A stretch of DNA of 63,781 bases, counting the filler, from Octopus bimaculoides (lineage: Eukaryota), in NCBI RefSeq assembly GCF_001194135.2. It is 6 parts of 6 records of this genome, joined end to end, with 100 filler letters (N's around TTAATTAATTAA, not from the genome) between each part and the next. Parts side by side here need not be neighbours in the genome. Positions count along the whole stretch, not along the records: positions 4,832 to 32,801 come from NC_068981.1; positions 32,902 to 51,312 come from NW_026309395.1; 4 more parts are not named here. One strand, written 5' to 3'. Under the pieces are notes generated by a model. The model made no database searches and was not told where the DNA came from. It saw nothing but the letters and a program-made list of their open reading frames with translations. Position numbers and translations under genes: made by a program. Positions 24,971 through 38,305 of this stretch are shown here, piece after piece. Numbering within the stretch: the first letter of the stretch is position 1; the number at the start of each line of letters is the position of its first letter.

Positions 24971-25762
24971 CACACATTAATTCGCATACACACACATACA
25001 AGTACGCACAGAGACACACATACATAAACATATCCATAAACGCACATATCATTCAACTACGGTGGTAGTTGAATAATATTCTTAAGACCACAATTTGCTC
25101 ACACGCAGCATCTTTCAGAGCTTGTCGCTAATTCAGTTCTTAACCAAATTGAAAACTGTTAACATTTTTGAAGAGGACTGGTCCCTAGCTACATTTTGAC
25201 ATTAAAAAAATTGAGATTTGAACCAGTAACAACATGTTTACATCAGAATTTGTAGCAACGTTATAGGATAGTAAGTAATACCACCAATCAAGTTTAGATC
25301 TAAATAACAAAATATACTTATCTTAGCTTCAATGATAGAAGAAAGCATGAAGAATTTTATAGTTTTGGTCCCATGCAACAAAAATTTGTATTAAAAAAGT
25401 TGTGAGATAAAATATAATAAAAAAAAATATAAGGCAAAAAATTGGATTGAAGTATAATTCACTGTTTTATTTTAAAAACAAACTATATTTTAATTAAGAT
25501 TAAATTATAGAACTCAATTCGAGGAATTTCATGGTATCAATCTCATGCAACGAAGTTTTAAAAGAAGAAACTTATGAGTGTTTGTTTGCTCAAATTTGAG
25601 GGTGATAATATAATTCTATACTCGTTTATGAATATAGTTCTATAAGGGGACTTTTAATATATGCCATCGGCGTCATTGAGGTAAGGATAAAATTATTAAT
25701 AACACCGTTAAATGACACATTTGATACATTATTAATTAGCATAGTAGCATAGCCTGGGAAAA

Positions 25763-26492
25763 ACATGAATTACATAGGAAAATGCAAGCAAGAGAAATAA
25801 TATTCTTAAGATTATAAACCTGGAAAATTACAGGACAAGTTATTACAATTGGAAAAGTACAGGACAAGTTATTATATCTGGTAAAGTACAGAACGAGAAA
25901 ATTTTTACTTAAAATATTGCAGCTAAGGAAAAAATTGGAATATTGAAAATCATTTGATTTTAATTTACAAAATAACATTATAATTAAAAAAAGGTACCTT
26001 CATTTTGTTAAAATATTGAGACACTAGAATAATCAAAAAATGAGAGCCAGAAGTAGAATAGTATATATGGTAGGCAAATTCATTATGTAAAAAATAGGCA
26101 TTGGCTCAAGACTAAAAATGTGAAGACATCCTAATAACTTAGGCAATATATCAAGCAAACTCTGAGGAATTTTTTTAAAGTGCAATACATATTTTGATTG
26201 AATCATTCTAAATTTTTAATAGAATTAACAAATAATAACAAATAGAAGTAATAATTTGTAAGAAAAATTTTAGTTTTAATAAAAGCTAATATTTTCTAAA
26301 TCTAAATATTTTATTAGGAATTTTATCCTTAGCTGCAACGTTTTAAGTAAAACGTTTCTTGTTCTGCACTTTACCAGATGTAACAAGTTGTCTTGAACTT
26401 TTCCAAGTGTAATAACTTGTCCTGTAATTTTCCAGGTTTATAATTTTAAGAATATTGTTTCTCTTGTTCGCATTTTTCCATGTAATATATGT
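25763..26492. mobile_element. Foldback/MITE-like element with ~170-bp imperfect inverted arms
   Basis: 25763-25936 aligns to the reverse complement of 26319-26492 (roughly 80-85% by eye). The arms contain ~29-bp subrepeats GGAAAA(T/G)TACAGGACAAGTTATTA. Confidence 0.75.
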
Positions 26493-26629
26493 ATATGTGC
26501 GTGTGAGTTTATTAAATTAATTTGCTTCCTATTGCTGGATTTTTATTTTAGAAACTCAGAATTTCTATTATAAATAATGTTGTTTCCTATTGCATTTTAG
26601 ATGTCATTTCCAATATATACATACTAGAT

Positions 26630-26835
26630 AAGGCAGCGAGATTGTAGAATTGAAAGCACGCCAGACAAAATACTTAGCAGAATTTAGTCCTTACGTTCTA
26701 AGGTCAAACGCCACCAAGGTAGACTTTGCTCTTCGTTCTTTCGGGGCCATCAAAATACTGGTAAGTACCAGCTGAACACAGGAGTGATATAATCGACTTG
26801 TCTACCCCACCAAAATTGTGCCAAAATTTGAAGCC
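26630..26835 (+). mobile_element. SINE family B
   Basis: AAGGCAGCGAGATTGTAGAATTG...GTAGACTTTGCTCTTCGTTCTTTCGGGGCC...GTAAGTACCAG...GTGCCAAAATTTGAAG. Confidence 0.85.
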
Positions 26836-28244
26836 ATTATCTATATAGCAGGCACATTTTTTCTATGCATATAATATGGCCACTACCAGTGTGAAAGGAT
26901 CAGTTAACTTTAGTTTAAGTGTAATTTGGAATATTGGCTGTTCTGTGATGAGGTAGAAAGAACGTTCACTGAATTATTGCTGCGTGAATTTGCTGTATAA
27001 TTGTATAATATTTTTATTTCTATAAAGATGTTTTCACTGGCACCGTTGATGCTTTATCATTGAACTTCTGAATTTGTTGTTACTGCGTCAATTTTTGTTG
27101 TCGTAAAATGTATTCTCAGTGGACCTGTGACATTGAGAAGGGAGATAACGGTGGTACTTCATGTCGTTGTTGTTGTTGATGGTATAATGTCGAATATTTT
27201 CTCGAGAGTTTTGTCAGTGCTTGTTTAAGTATTAACTGTGAAACAGTTGCCTATGTAGGAATTTTAGAGCACCCTTCATCTAAATTAATGGCTTTTGTCC
27301 TCTTCTGATGCTACAAGATCTAATTCCAGGATTATTCTGTTGACGCTTTCATTAATTTTAGCATTCTCGCTCTGTTGTCTATCCTACTTACTTTGTTTTT
27401 AAGTTAGATTTTTTAGAATTTTCGGTTTTCTTTTTTGTTCGATGGTGTGTTTTTATAAGTGGTTTGGAGACGAAAGATTAGTTTGTTTATTGTTGTTATT
27501 GTTATTTAAACCCACGTCGGAAGCAAAAATAATCGCCTTATCTTCTATGTCACAAGGATCAACAACGATCAAGAAATAGAAAAGTGTCTTCCTCCAGTAT
27601 GGGACTGACCAGAGGTGACGGGTATCTCATCGTCTGCGATGAAGGATTTAAAGGAGATAAAGACGAGATAAATGTACATAAACATAGGGAGCAGCAAATA
27701 TATAAATAATTTTAATATGACAATACAAATTCAAATAAAATAGGAGGAAACCACAATCCCAGAGCAAAGGCAAGTAGGAGACCAACAGATATCCATTGAC
27801 GCTTAACATTCTGTTGTTCGAACTTTCGACGATAGTCTGATGTTTGTTAAACGAAGTAAGGCAAAGGAAGTAAAGTAAAAGGATGTATTGCTCTATCTGT
27901 TCTGGCTCAGTGCGCCCTGAATTCAAATTCTATCTTCTGTCACCGAAACGGTGATGCATATTCTCTCAGGAGCTGATAACAAGCAAAGGAGAAAGAGAAT
28001 TCCGAAATTAAATACACTTTAAGCAGGCTGGCAATGTGAGATGAATTACGGAATAAAATGTGCACAAGAAATGGCAGTCAGTCAGAATTAATGAACAGTA
28101 CCTTCATACGTGAATGCACAATCTGAAAATTTGCGAAGAAGTTATTAAACCATATATACATGTAAGTGTTTATGATAAATAAAAAAAATAATGTATCCCT
28201 CAATTGTTACAGTTACTAATTTACACATACATATATACATGCAA

Positions 28245-28282
<38 letters not shown>

Positions 28283-28324
28283 AGTGGTTACTAATACAAA
28301 GCCTTAAAAATGTGATGTGTACTA

Positions 28325-28475
28325 GGCTTCGTTGCATAGTTGAGAACCTTGATTCCCAACTCAGTGGTTTAGGTTCAGTTGCTCCGTACAGTATCTTGGA
28401 CATGTGTCTTCTACTATAGCTTCAGGCTGATTAAAGATTCGTCAGTGAGCCTGGTAGAAACAGAGAAGTCCGTCG
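28325..28475 (+). mobile_element. SINE family A head, decayed
   Basis: TCTTGGACATGTGTCTTCTACTATAGC...GAAGTCCGTCGTGTGTG. Confidence 0.6.
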
Positions 28476-28589
28476 TGTGTGTGTGTGTGTGTGTGTGCAT
28501 GCGCGCGTGCACGTGTGTGTGTGTGTGTGTGTGCGCGTGCACGCGTGTGTGTGGGTGTGTATATATACGTATATCATTGGAAAGTGAAG

Positions 28590-28890
28590 ATGCATTGTTC
28601 AGTGGTTAAAACATCGGTCTCACAATCCCAGGCCGGGCTGTATGTTGTGTTCTTGAGCAAGACACTTTATTTTACGTTGCTGTAGTTCACGCAACTGTGC
28701 AAATGAGTTGTGTCGTCACTGGTGCCATGCGGTATCGGCCTTTGGCTTTCCCTTGGATAGCATCAGTGGCGTGGAGAGAGGAGGCTGATATGCATCGGTG
28801 ACTGCTGGTCTTCCATAAACAACCTTGCCCGTACTTATGCCTTGGAGGGGAATATTCTAGGTGCAATCCCATGGTCATTTATGACTGAGG
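28590..28890 (+). mobile_element. tRNA-derived SINE (C-type body, distinct 3' tail)
   Basis: CAGTGGTTAAAACATCGG...GTTGTGTTCTTGAGCAAGACACTTTATTTTACGTTGC...GGTGCAATCCCATGGTC. Confidence 0.7.
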
Positions 28891-29179
28891 CGGGTTGTTA
28901 TCCTTTTTATATTATTGGATGTAGGAAATGGAATATGTCAATACCTACTACATATGTTTCTAAGGAAAGCCGACCAGAAGTTATATAATTTAAGTTACAA
29001 CACATTTATTCAGTTCTCTTTTCTTCGGGTACTTCTATTTTTTGTTTGCAAAGGTCATCTTCACCAACATTGGAATTGTATTAAGGCCTTCATCTTATCG
29101 GGATCTCCTTCGAATTTTATATAGTACTAAGTGTAGACTTTTTTGATCGTGTATTATCTACTTTGTGTTATCCATACAA

Positions 29180-29510
29180 GGTGGGTACATGCTTGCGGCT
29201 AAGAAACTTCTTGTACAAAGATCGCTTTGGATCGTACCACTCTATTTGGATATGTGTGCGTGTATACACCCTTATGTATATACATGTGTATGTCGGTGTT
29301 TTTATATTTGTGTCTTGTTTGTTCCTCACAAACCGATGTTAGTTTGTTTACGTCCCTGTAACTTAGAAGTTCGGCAAAAGTGGCCGATAAAATAAGTACC
29401 GGACAAAAAGCAAGTACTGTGATAGATTTGCTCTACTAAATCCTTCAAGGCGTTGCTCCCACATGACCGCAGACCAATGACTGAAACAAGGAAAGAAATA
29501 TAAAAGATAA
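29180..29510 (+). mobile_element. SINE family A, decayed
   Basis: GTTTACGTCCCTGTAACTTAGAAGTTCGGCAAAAG...CAATGACTGAAACAAGG. Confidence 0.8.
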
Positions 29511-30603
29511 AATTTACTTCGCTATTTCAATGTCTTGGCTCTTAACACAGTTAGCCTGGTTGGAAGGAAACGATCTACCGACCTGCAATTTGCATTCCTC
29601 CATACAATCGATTAAACTAACTCGAAAAAAGATGTGTCGAAAATATAATTCAACCGATAAGTACACGTGGACTCAGAAATTAAATAGATAATTTATTTAA
29701 ACAACCATTGTTCATTCCGTTTTGCTAGGCACAAAAGGTACATACATTACAGTCGCCAGCGTTTCTTTGCATGCATTATTAACACCAACACAAAGAAACA
29801 GGCAAAAATATTTATTGTCTTTTTTTTTAAATGCTTTGCTATTCATTGAATATTATTATTATTTAGTTGGTGCATTTCCCGCTTTTAATATATACACAGG
29901 AAGTAGCATACATATTCAGTATTAAACATCCAATTAATATCTCAGTTGTGTTAGCTGTGCCGACAAACAAACATTAACCGATAAAAGACATTTTTTTTCT
30001 TACTTTGTAATGCGACTCCTTCACTGAATATCTTAGCGATTCATTATTCTTCTATTTGTATATTTATTCTACTAGTTTTGCTTACTACCCTAAACTATTT
30101 TACAGCAGTATTAATCACAATTTAAGCGTTTCTCCAATTCTTAAAGGCTTCACCTACTAAAAGACCGAAAGTTGTCTACGTTTATGTATGCTGTGTATGT
30201 GTGTCTGTACGTGCGTGTGTCTGTGTCTGTGTGTGCATGTGTGCATGTCTGTGTGCATGTGTATATGTGCGTGTCTGTATGTGTGTGTGTGTGTGTGTTT
30301 GTGTGTGTTTGTGTTATCTATCACAGTTGTTGAGATGCGCCGAGCTAACAAATACAACAACCAGCAGACGACGTATTATTTTTCCCGCTTTGTAATGTGA
30401 CTCCACAATCATTATCTTTATGTATGAAATGTACATATGTGTGTATGTGTATGTGTGTGTGAATGTGTGTGTGTGTGTATGTACACCTACATATACATAT
30501 GTAAATATATATTACATCTACATTGCGTATACATACATATATATTTTCATATATATACATAAATATACGTTTGTGTGTGTGTATGAGTGTGTGTGTATGT
30601 GTG

Positions 30604-30651
<48 letters not shown>

Positions 30652-31336
30652 NNNNNNNNNNNNNNNNNNNNNNNNNNNNNNNNNNNNNNNNNNNNNNNNN
30701 NNNNNNNNNNNNNNNNNNNNNNNNNNNNNNNNNNNNNNNNNNNNNNNNNNNNNNNNNNNNNNNNNNNNNNNNNNNNNNNNNNNNNNNNNNNNNNNNNNNN
30801 NNNNNNNNNNNNNNNNNNNNNNNNNNNNNNNNNNNNNNNNNNNNNNNNNNNNNNNNNNNNNNNNNNNNNNNNNNNNNNNNNNNNNNNNNNNNNNNNNNNN
30901 NNNNNNNNNNNNNNNNNNNNNNNNNNNNNNNNNNNNNNNNNNNNNNNNNNNNNNNNNNNNNNNNNNNNNNNNNNNNNNNNNNNNNNNNNNNNNNNNNNNN
31001 NNNNNNNNNNNNNNNNNNNNNNNNNNNNNNNNNNNNNNNNNNNNNNNNNNNNNNNNNNNNNNNNNNNNNNNNNNNNNNNNNNNNNNNNNNNNNNNNNNNN
31101 NNNNNNNNNNNNNNNNNNNNNNNNNNNNNNNNNNNNNNNNNNNNNNNNNNNNNNNNNNNNNNNNNNNNNNNNNNNNNNNNNNNNNNNNNNNNNNNNNNNN
31201 NNNNNNNNNNNNNNNNNNNNNNNNNNNNNNNNNNNNNNNNNNNNNNNNNNNNNNNNNNNNNNNNNNNNNNNNNNNNNNNNNNNNNNNNNNNNNNNNNNNN
31301 NNNNNNNNNNNNNNNNNNNNNNNNNNNNNNNNNNNN

Positions 31337-31392
<56 letters not shown>

Positions 31393-31549
31393 GAGGGTAT
31401 TCGGTGGATGATAAAAAACGAACAAAAAAATTTAAAGAAATTATTATAATTGTTACTACTGTTATTGTTGTTGTTATAGTTATTATTTATAAATTCTTAT
31501 TCTATTTCTTTTCTTCTTCTGCATCATCTTCCCTTCTTCTACTCCAAAC

Positions 31550-31610
<61 letters not shown>

Positions 31611-32545
31611 CGCTATCATTATCTTATCCTACGTCTTAATTTTCTTCACCTAGACTACATAATTCGGAAAGCGAAACAAACCTCAACTGCTATACACAAT
31701 AGGTCTATTCAAGTTTAAAACTTCTATACATATAAGCTCAAGCATTATTAAACGGTTTGTGTCTATATTTTTTTCTCCCCTTGTCAGTGAAGAGGTCTTG
31801 ATGTAGCTAAAAGTACTCCGGATTCTTACACAAAGCTGCTTTCTATTTTACGTAAAAGTTTTCTTCAACAAAAAGACAAAACACAATCACAAATAACAAA
31901 ACATAACGCACCAAGAATAAAACATTTGGGGTTGCTAGATGTCACAGAAGTAAGCAGACGGCTTCCTCTCAAATCATTCAGTAGCGTTAGTAATGTAGAA
32001 GTACACGTTGCATAAACTTTGTCCAGAATTCAAATATGTTAGATAAGAAAAACAGGCAGGATGCTCACAGGAGGAATACTTTTACCAAATGCCTGCCGTA
32101 TCACGAAGGCTCTAAGATCAAACGACAACAACTACTCGGATAAAATCTGAGAAAATTACAAGCGATAGACAAAATGATATTTGTGTTTGAATTTGCTTAT
32201 ATGTAAATATCGTTATGCATTTTAAATATATAAAAAAATATATATGTATATATATCGTTTGCGTATTTTATTTGCAAGATTCTTGGTGTGTATAAATATT
32301 GTGGTATCTCGGGAAGGTCATTATGCCAATGATAAACATACGCACTGGTTCTGTTTCACTTTTTTTTTATTCGTGAATCGGGGAAGTGAGGACTTGTTGT
32401 CATTGAAGAGATTGCAACTGGTTTACTGGTTCATTAATCAAACAATCGGAAAGTTCGTTGGTTAAATAGCTAATCCCCTGGTGAATAATAAGGAGCTGTA
32501 ATTTAAACACCGCGTTTATTTGGTATTGGTAAAATAACCCTTCCG

Positions 32546-32585
<40 letters not shown>

Positions 32586-32590
32586 TATAT

Positions 32591-32801
32591 AGGCGCAGGA
32601 GTGGCTGTGTGGTAAATAGCTTGCTTACCAACCACATAGGTTCAGTCCCACTGCGTGGCACCTTGGGCAAGTGTCTTTTACTATAGCCTCGGGCCGACCA
32701 AAGCTTTGTGAGTGGATTTGGTAGACGGAAACTAAAAGAAGCCCATCATATATATGTATATGCATATGTATATATATGTGTGTGTGTGTTTGTGTATCTG
32801 T
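32591..32801 (+). mobile_element. SINE family A 5' half
   Basis: AGGCGCAGGAGTGGCTGTGTGG...CACTGCGTGGCACCTTGGGCAAGTG...GACGGAAACT; runs into a gap. Confidence 0.92.
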
Positions 32802-32901
32802 NNNNNNNNNNNNNNNNNNNNNNNNNNNNNNNNNNNNNNNNNNNNTTAATTAATTAANNNNNNNNNNNNNNNNNNNNNNNNNNNNNNNNNNNNNNNNNNN
32901 N

Positions 32902-33135
32902 GATGTTGGGGGGACAAACACAGACACACAAATACACACACACATATATATGTATATATATGCATATATATACATATATTCGACGGGCTTCTTTCAGTTT
33001 CCGTCTACCAAATCCACTCACAAGGCTTTGGTCGGCTCGAGGCTATAGTAGAAGACATATACCCAAGATGCCACGCAGTGGGACTGAACCCAGAACCATT
33101 TGGCTGGTAAGCAAGCTACTTACCACACAGCCACT
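32902..33135 (-). mobile_element. SINE family A 5' half, opposite orientation
   Basis: GATGTTGGGGGGACAAACAC...TTTCAGTTTCCGTCTACC...TACCACACAGCCACTC. Confidence 0.92.
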
Positions 33136-33675
33136 CTTGTATGAACGTGTATGTAAATGCGTGCGTTTGAATATGTGTGTATGTCTAAGCACGTGTGTAA
33201 TGCGTGTGTGCCGCTTTGTCGGGATGTACGTACGTCTATGTCATTCGTGTGTGTGTGTATGTACATCACTGTGTATGTGTGTCTGTATGTGAGTATGTGT
33301 GCACGTGTGTGTGTGGTGGGCGTACATATAGACAACTACTAGAAATACATACACACACAGACATATACACACATGTGATACAAGCGAACGAACATATACA
33401 CACATACACGTACGCACACCCACATACACGCATACGTTTGTATTTAGACTTACACACGCACACACACAAGACACATTCGTACACAGCCATACAAGATATG
33501 TTATATATATATATATATATATATAGTTACAGAGTGTAAAGCGCATGCGCACTCGTATTGGTATTACATGGACACACACTCATACACACACAGCACCACT
33601 ACATGTTCATACACACACACTATAAATGCATATATACATATATGGACAACTATAAGGGCATATATACATATATCA

Positions 33676-33718
<43 letters not shown>

Positions 33719-34620
33719 CTTACATAGAGATATACGTATACAAACATGCACACACACGAATGGACAAAACCACGAACATGCTCACATTCACACGCACACA
33801 AATGCAAATACTCGGAGTTAATCACCCAGAAAATTGTACGATTAAACACACACACAAATACATTATACTATGATATATNNNNNNNNNNNNNNNNNNNNNN
33901 NNNNNNNNNNNNNNNNNNNNNNNNNNNNNNNNNNNNNNNNNNNNNNNNNNNNNNNNNNNNNNNNNNNNNNNNNNNNNNNNNNNNNNNNNNNNNNNNNNNN
34001 NNNNNNNNNNNNNNNNNNNNNNNNNNNNNNNNNNNNNNNNNNNNNNNNNNNNNNNNNNNNNNNNNNNNNNNNNNNNNNNNNNNNNNNNNNNNNNNNNNNN
34101 NNNNNNNNNNNNNNNNNNNNNNNNNNNNNNNNNNNNNNNNNNNNNNNNNNNNNNNNNNNNNNNNNNNNNNNNNNNNNNNNNNNNNNNNNNNNNNNNNNNN
34201 NNNNNNNNNNNNNNNNNNNNNNNNNNNNNNNNNNNNNNNNNNNNNNNNNNNNNNNNNNNNNNNNNNNNNNNNNNNNNNNNNNNNNNNNNNNNNNNNNNNN
34301 NNNNNNNNNNNNNNNNNNNNNNNNNNNNNNNNNNNNNNNNNNNNNNNNNNNNNNNNNNNNNNNNNNNNNNNNNNNNNNNNNNNNNNNNNNNNNNNNNNNN
34401 NNNNNNNNNNNNNNNNNNNNNNNNNNNNNNNNNNNNNNNNNNNNNNNNNNNNNNNNNNNNNNNNNNNNNNNNNNNNNNNNNNNNNNNNNNNNNNNNNNNN
34501 NNNNNNNNNNNNNNNNNNNNNNNNNNNNNNNNNNNNNNNNNNNNNNNNNNNNNNNNNNNNNNNNNNNNNNNNNNNNNNNNNNNNNNNNNNNNNNNNNNNN
34601 NNNNNNNNNNNNNNNNNNNN

Positions 34621-34660
<40 letters not shown>

Positions 34661-34991
34661 GTATACTCACAAAAATATTTGTTTTTTAATCGGCAGAAAT
34701 TTAAAAGAGCAACGATTCAAAAAATAAACAAAAGTTTTAAAAAATCTATAAATAAAATGCCTGTATATTCGCATTGAATTCTATTTGTTCTACCGAAATC
34801 TAGTGTGTGTACACACACACATATATATTAAGTATGTATGTGTGCGTATATGCGTGTGCAAGTGTGTGTGTGTCTCTATAATTATATGCATATGTGTATG
34901 TGCAATCATACAGAATACGCACATAACAAATTTGTATATATGTATATGTGAGTGTGTGTATGTGTATACATACATTTACAGATATATGTAG

Positions 34992-35034
<43 letters not shown>

Positions 35035-35469
35035 NNNNNNNNNNNNNNNNNNNNNNNNNNNNNNNNNNNNNNNNNNNNNNNNNNNNNNNNNNNNNNNNNN
35101 NNNNNNNNNNNNNNNNNNNNNNNNNNNNNNNNNNNNNNNNNNNNNNNNNNNNNNNNNNNNNNNNNNNNNNNNNNNNNNNNNNNNNNNNNNNNNNNNNNNN
35201 NNNNNNNNNNNNNNNNNNNNNNNNNNNNNNNNNNNNNNNNNNNNNNNNNNNNNNNNNNNNNNNNNNNNNNNNNNNNNNNNNNNNNNNNNNNNNNNNNNNN
35301 NNNNNNNNNNNNNNNNNNNNNNNNNNNNNNNNNNNNNNNNNNNNNNNNNNNNNNNNNNNNNNNNNNNNNNNNNNNNNNNNNNNNNNNNNNNNNNNNNNNN
35401 NNNNNNNNNNNNNNNNNNNNNNNNNNNNNNNNNNNNNNNNNNNNNNNNNNNNNNNNNNNNNNNNNNNNN

Positions 35470-35956
35470 TTATTACACCAACAAAACCCTCACGTCCACC
35501 ACCACCACAACCACCATTATTATTATTTTTCAATATTATTATTATTATTGTTGTTGTTGTTGTTGTTGTCATTTTCCCATTTAGTATTAGTATGGGTTTA
35601 ACTACCAGTAGCATCATCTTTTTCTTCTTTTTCATCATCATCATCATCATCGTATCATCGTTGTCGTCATCATCACCATCGTCGTCATCATCATCACTAT
35701 TGTCACCGCTGCCCTCCTCCTCCTCATCATCATAATCGTCGTCATCGTCGCCACCGCCCCTTATTCCTCCTCCTCTTCCTTCTCATCATAATCATCATCC
35801 TCGTCATCATTATCACCGTCATCATCATCATCATCATCATCTTCAATATCCTGTTCCCGTTGCTGTTGTGATTTTTGTATTCATTATTATTATTATTATT
35901 ATTATCATCATCATCACCACCCATCATCATCATCGTCATTATTATTATTATTATTA

Positions 35957-35987
<31 letters not shown>

Positions 35988-36150
35988 CTTTATCAGTGTC
36001 ACCGGCGTTGCTGTTGTTGTTGTTGTCGTTCCTGACGTGGCTGTCACAATTTCATATCACAGTGGAACTCCGTGATTCGGCAACATTCCGTTCTCCCCTT
36101 TGCCCCGCTGAAATCGTTTATTATTATTATTATTATTATTATTATTTATT
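35470..36150. repeat. Compound trinucleotide low-complexity region (CAT/TAT/GTT/CCT)
   Basis: Directly visible. Confidence 0.9.
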
Positions 36151-36974
36151 TTTCCCGTTTCTATGATTTTATCCTGTCACGGGAACCACACTGTAGCGTG
36201 GCGAGTTAATTACTTCAGTACTTTGGACCCCCACCCCTACCCCCTACTGGGAGAGAAATTTACGCTTTTCAAATTTGGAAAAAAAAAAAAATTAATATAT
36301 TTTAAATATTAATTTTAATATGGCGTTACTTTATTTATAGGAAACGAAAGACTGATTAAAGGTAGTGCAAATAACAAGCAGAACGTGTGTGTANNNNNNN
36401 NNNNNNNNNNNNNNNNNNNNNNNNNNNNNNNNNNNNNNNNNNNNNNNNNNNNNNNNNNNNNNNNNNNNNNNNNNNNNNNNNNNNNNNNNNNNNNNNNNNN
36501 NNNNNNNNNNNNNNNNNNNNNNNNNNNNNNNNNNNNNNNNNNNNNNNNNNNNNNNNNNNNNNNNNNNNNNNNNNNNNNNNNNNNNNNNNNNNNNNNNNNN
36601 NNNNNNNNNNNNNNNNNNNNNNNNNNNNNNNNNNNNNNNNNNNNNNNNNNNNNNNNNNNNNNNNNNNNNNNNNNNNNNNNNNNNNNNNNNNNNNNNNNNN
36701 NNNNNNNNNNNNNNNNNNNNNNNNNNNNNNNNNNNNNNNNNNNNNNNNNNNNNNNNNNNNNNNNNNNNNNNNNNNNNNNNNNNNNNNNNNNNNNNNNNNN
36801 NNNNNNNNNNNNNNNNNNNNNNNNNNNNNNNNNNNNNNNNNNNNNNNNNNNNNNNNNNNNNNNNNNNNNNNNNNNNNNNNNNNNNNNNNNNNNNNNNNNN
36901 NNNNNNNNNNNNNNNNNNNNNNNNNNNNNNNNNNNNNNATATATATATATATATATAAACCGATAGTATATGTA

Positions 36975-37060
36975 CTAGGCTTACAAAGAATGAATGTTCG
37001 ACTGAAGGCGGTGCTCCAGTATGGCCTCAGTCAAAAGGACTGAAACAAGTAAAAGAATAC
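36975..37060 (+). mobile_element. SINE family A 3' tail
   Basis: CTAGGCTTACAAAGAAT...AAGGCGGTGCTCCAGTATGGCCTCAGTC...GACTGAAACAAGTAAAAGA. Confidence 0.85.
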
Positions 37061-37109
37061 ATATGTATATACACATAAACATATACATACATACATACGT
37101 ACGTAAGTG

Positions 37110-37187
37110 AGTAGGATGTGATTTGAGGGAGATCCATTCTCTATTTCTACCAGATCTAGCATCCATCTAGAGGTCTCATTCGCTCCG

Positions 37188-37239
<52 letters not shown>

Positions 37240-37400
37240 ATATAACAATGTATGGCGTGATTTGCAGAAAATTTGGCTGCTTTTTCTACCAGGTCTAGCG
37301 TCCATATAGAGGTCTCTCGCATTGGCACGTACAAACATATATACAGAAGACAGTAGGCTGTGATTTAAGGGAGACTTGGCTACTGTTTCTAACAGGTGTA
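37110..37400 (+). repeat. Three partial copies of the repeat E tail
   Basis: GTGATTTG(A)GGGAGA..TGGCTGCT.TTTCTA(C)CAG(G)TCTAGC recurs at ~37118, ~37257 and ~37360. Confidence 0.7.
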
Positions 37401-37743
37401 GCCAAACTGAAGATGTCTGTCTGTTTGGCTCTGCTTCGTCATATTTGTTCCATGATTGCAGAATGGCTGGATGCCATGGAGATATTGGACAACGTAGTTG
37501 GTTCTTGTTTGTGGTGGTGGTGGTTACTGTAGGAAACGTGGTGCTGTAAGTGGGATATTGGTGTTTGTGTCGTTAGCCAATGAACGACCTTTGATCACGC
37601 TAAAATTACGTGAAATTTATCGAAGCACGCATTGAAAGCACACACATACACATTTACAACGAAGATAGATGCAGACACACAAAATCACATACACACAGTT
37701 ATTCACATATATACACACACACACGCGTACGTGTGTGTGTATA

Positions 37744-38147
37744 TACTCTTTTACTTATTTTAGTCTTTCGACTGTGGCCATGCTGGAGCACCGCCTTTAG
37801 TCGAGCAAATCTATCCCAGGACTTATTCTTTGGAAGCCTAGTGCTTATTCTATCACTCTCTTTTGCCGAACCGCTAAGTTACGGGGACGTAAACACACCA
37901 CCATCGGTTGTCAAGCGATGTTGGGGGTACAAACCCAGACACACAAACACATATATATATACAAATATATATATAAATAGATACGACGGGCTTCTTTCAG
38001 TTTCCGTCTACCAAATCCACTCACGAGGCTTTGGTCGGCCCGAGGCTATAGTAGAAGACATTTGCCCAAGAAGCCATGCAGTGGGAATGAACCCGGAACC
38101 ATGTGGTTGGTAAGCAAGCTACTTTCCACACAGCCACTCCTGCGCCT
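37744..38147 (-). mobile_element. SINE family A, full length
   Basis: Complete tail-to-head match ending CACACAGCCACTCCTGCGCCT. Confidence 0.95.
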
Positions 38148-38153
38148 ATATGG

Positions 38154-38183
<30 letters not shown>

Positions 38184-38184
<1 letters not shown>

Positions 38185-38305
38185 GTGGCACTCCGTCGGT
38201 TATGACGACGAGGGTTCCAGTTGATCCAACCAACGGAACAGCAAGCTTGTGAAATTAACTTGCAAGTGGCTGAGCACTACACGGACACGTGTACCCTTAA
38301 TTTAG
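38184..38305 (-). mobile_element. SINE family C 3' fragment
   Basis: GTGGCACTCCGTCGGTTATGACGACGAGGGTTCCAGTTGATCC...ACACGTGTACCCTTAA. Confidence 0.9.

Noticed and set aside
27050-27650. Possible further Penelope/GIY-YIG relic
   Set aside because: Only a vague AYVG-like motif was seen; not enough to support a call without a database search.
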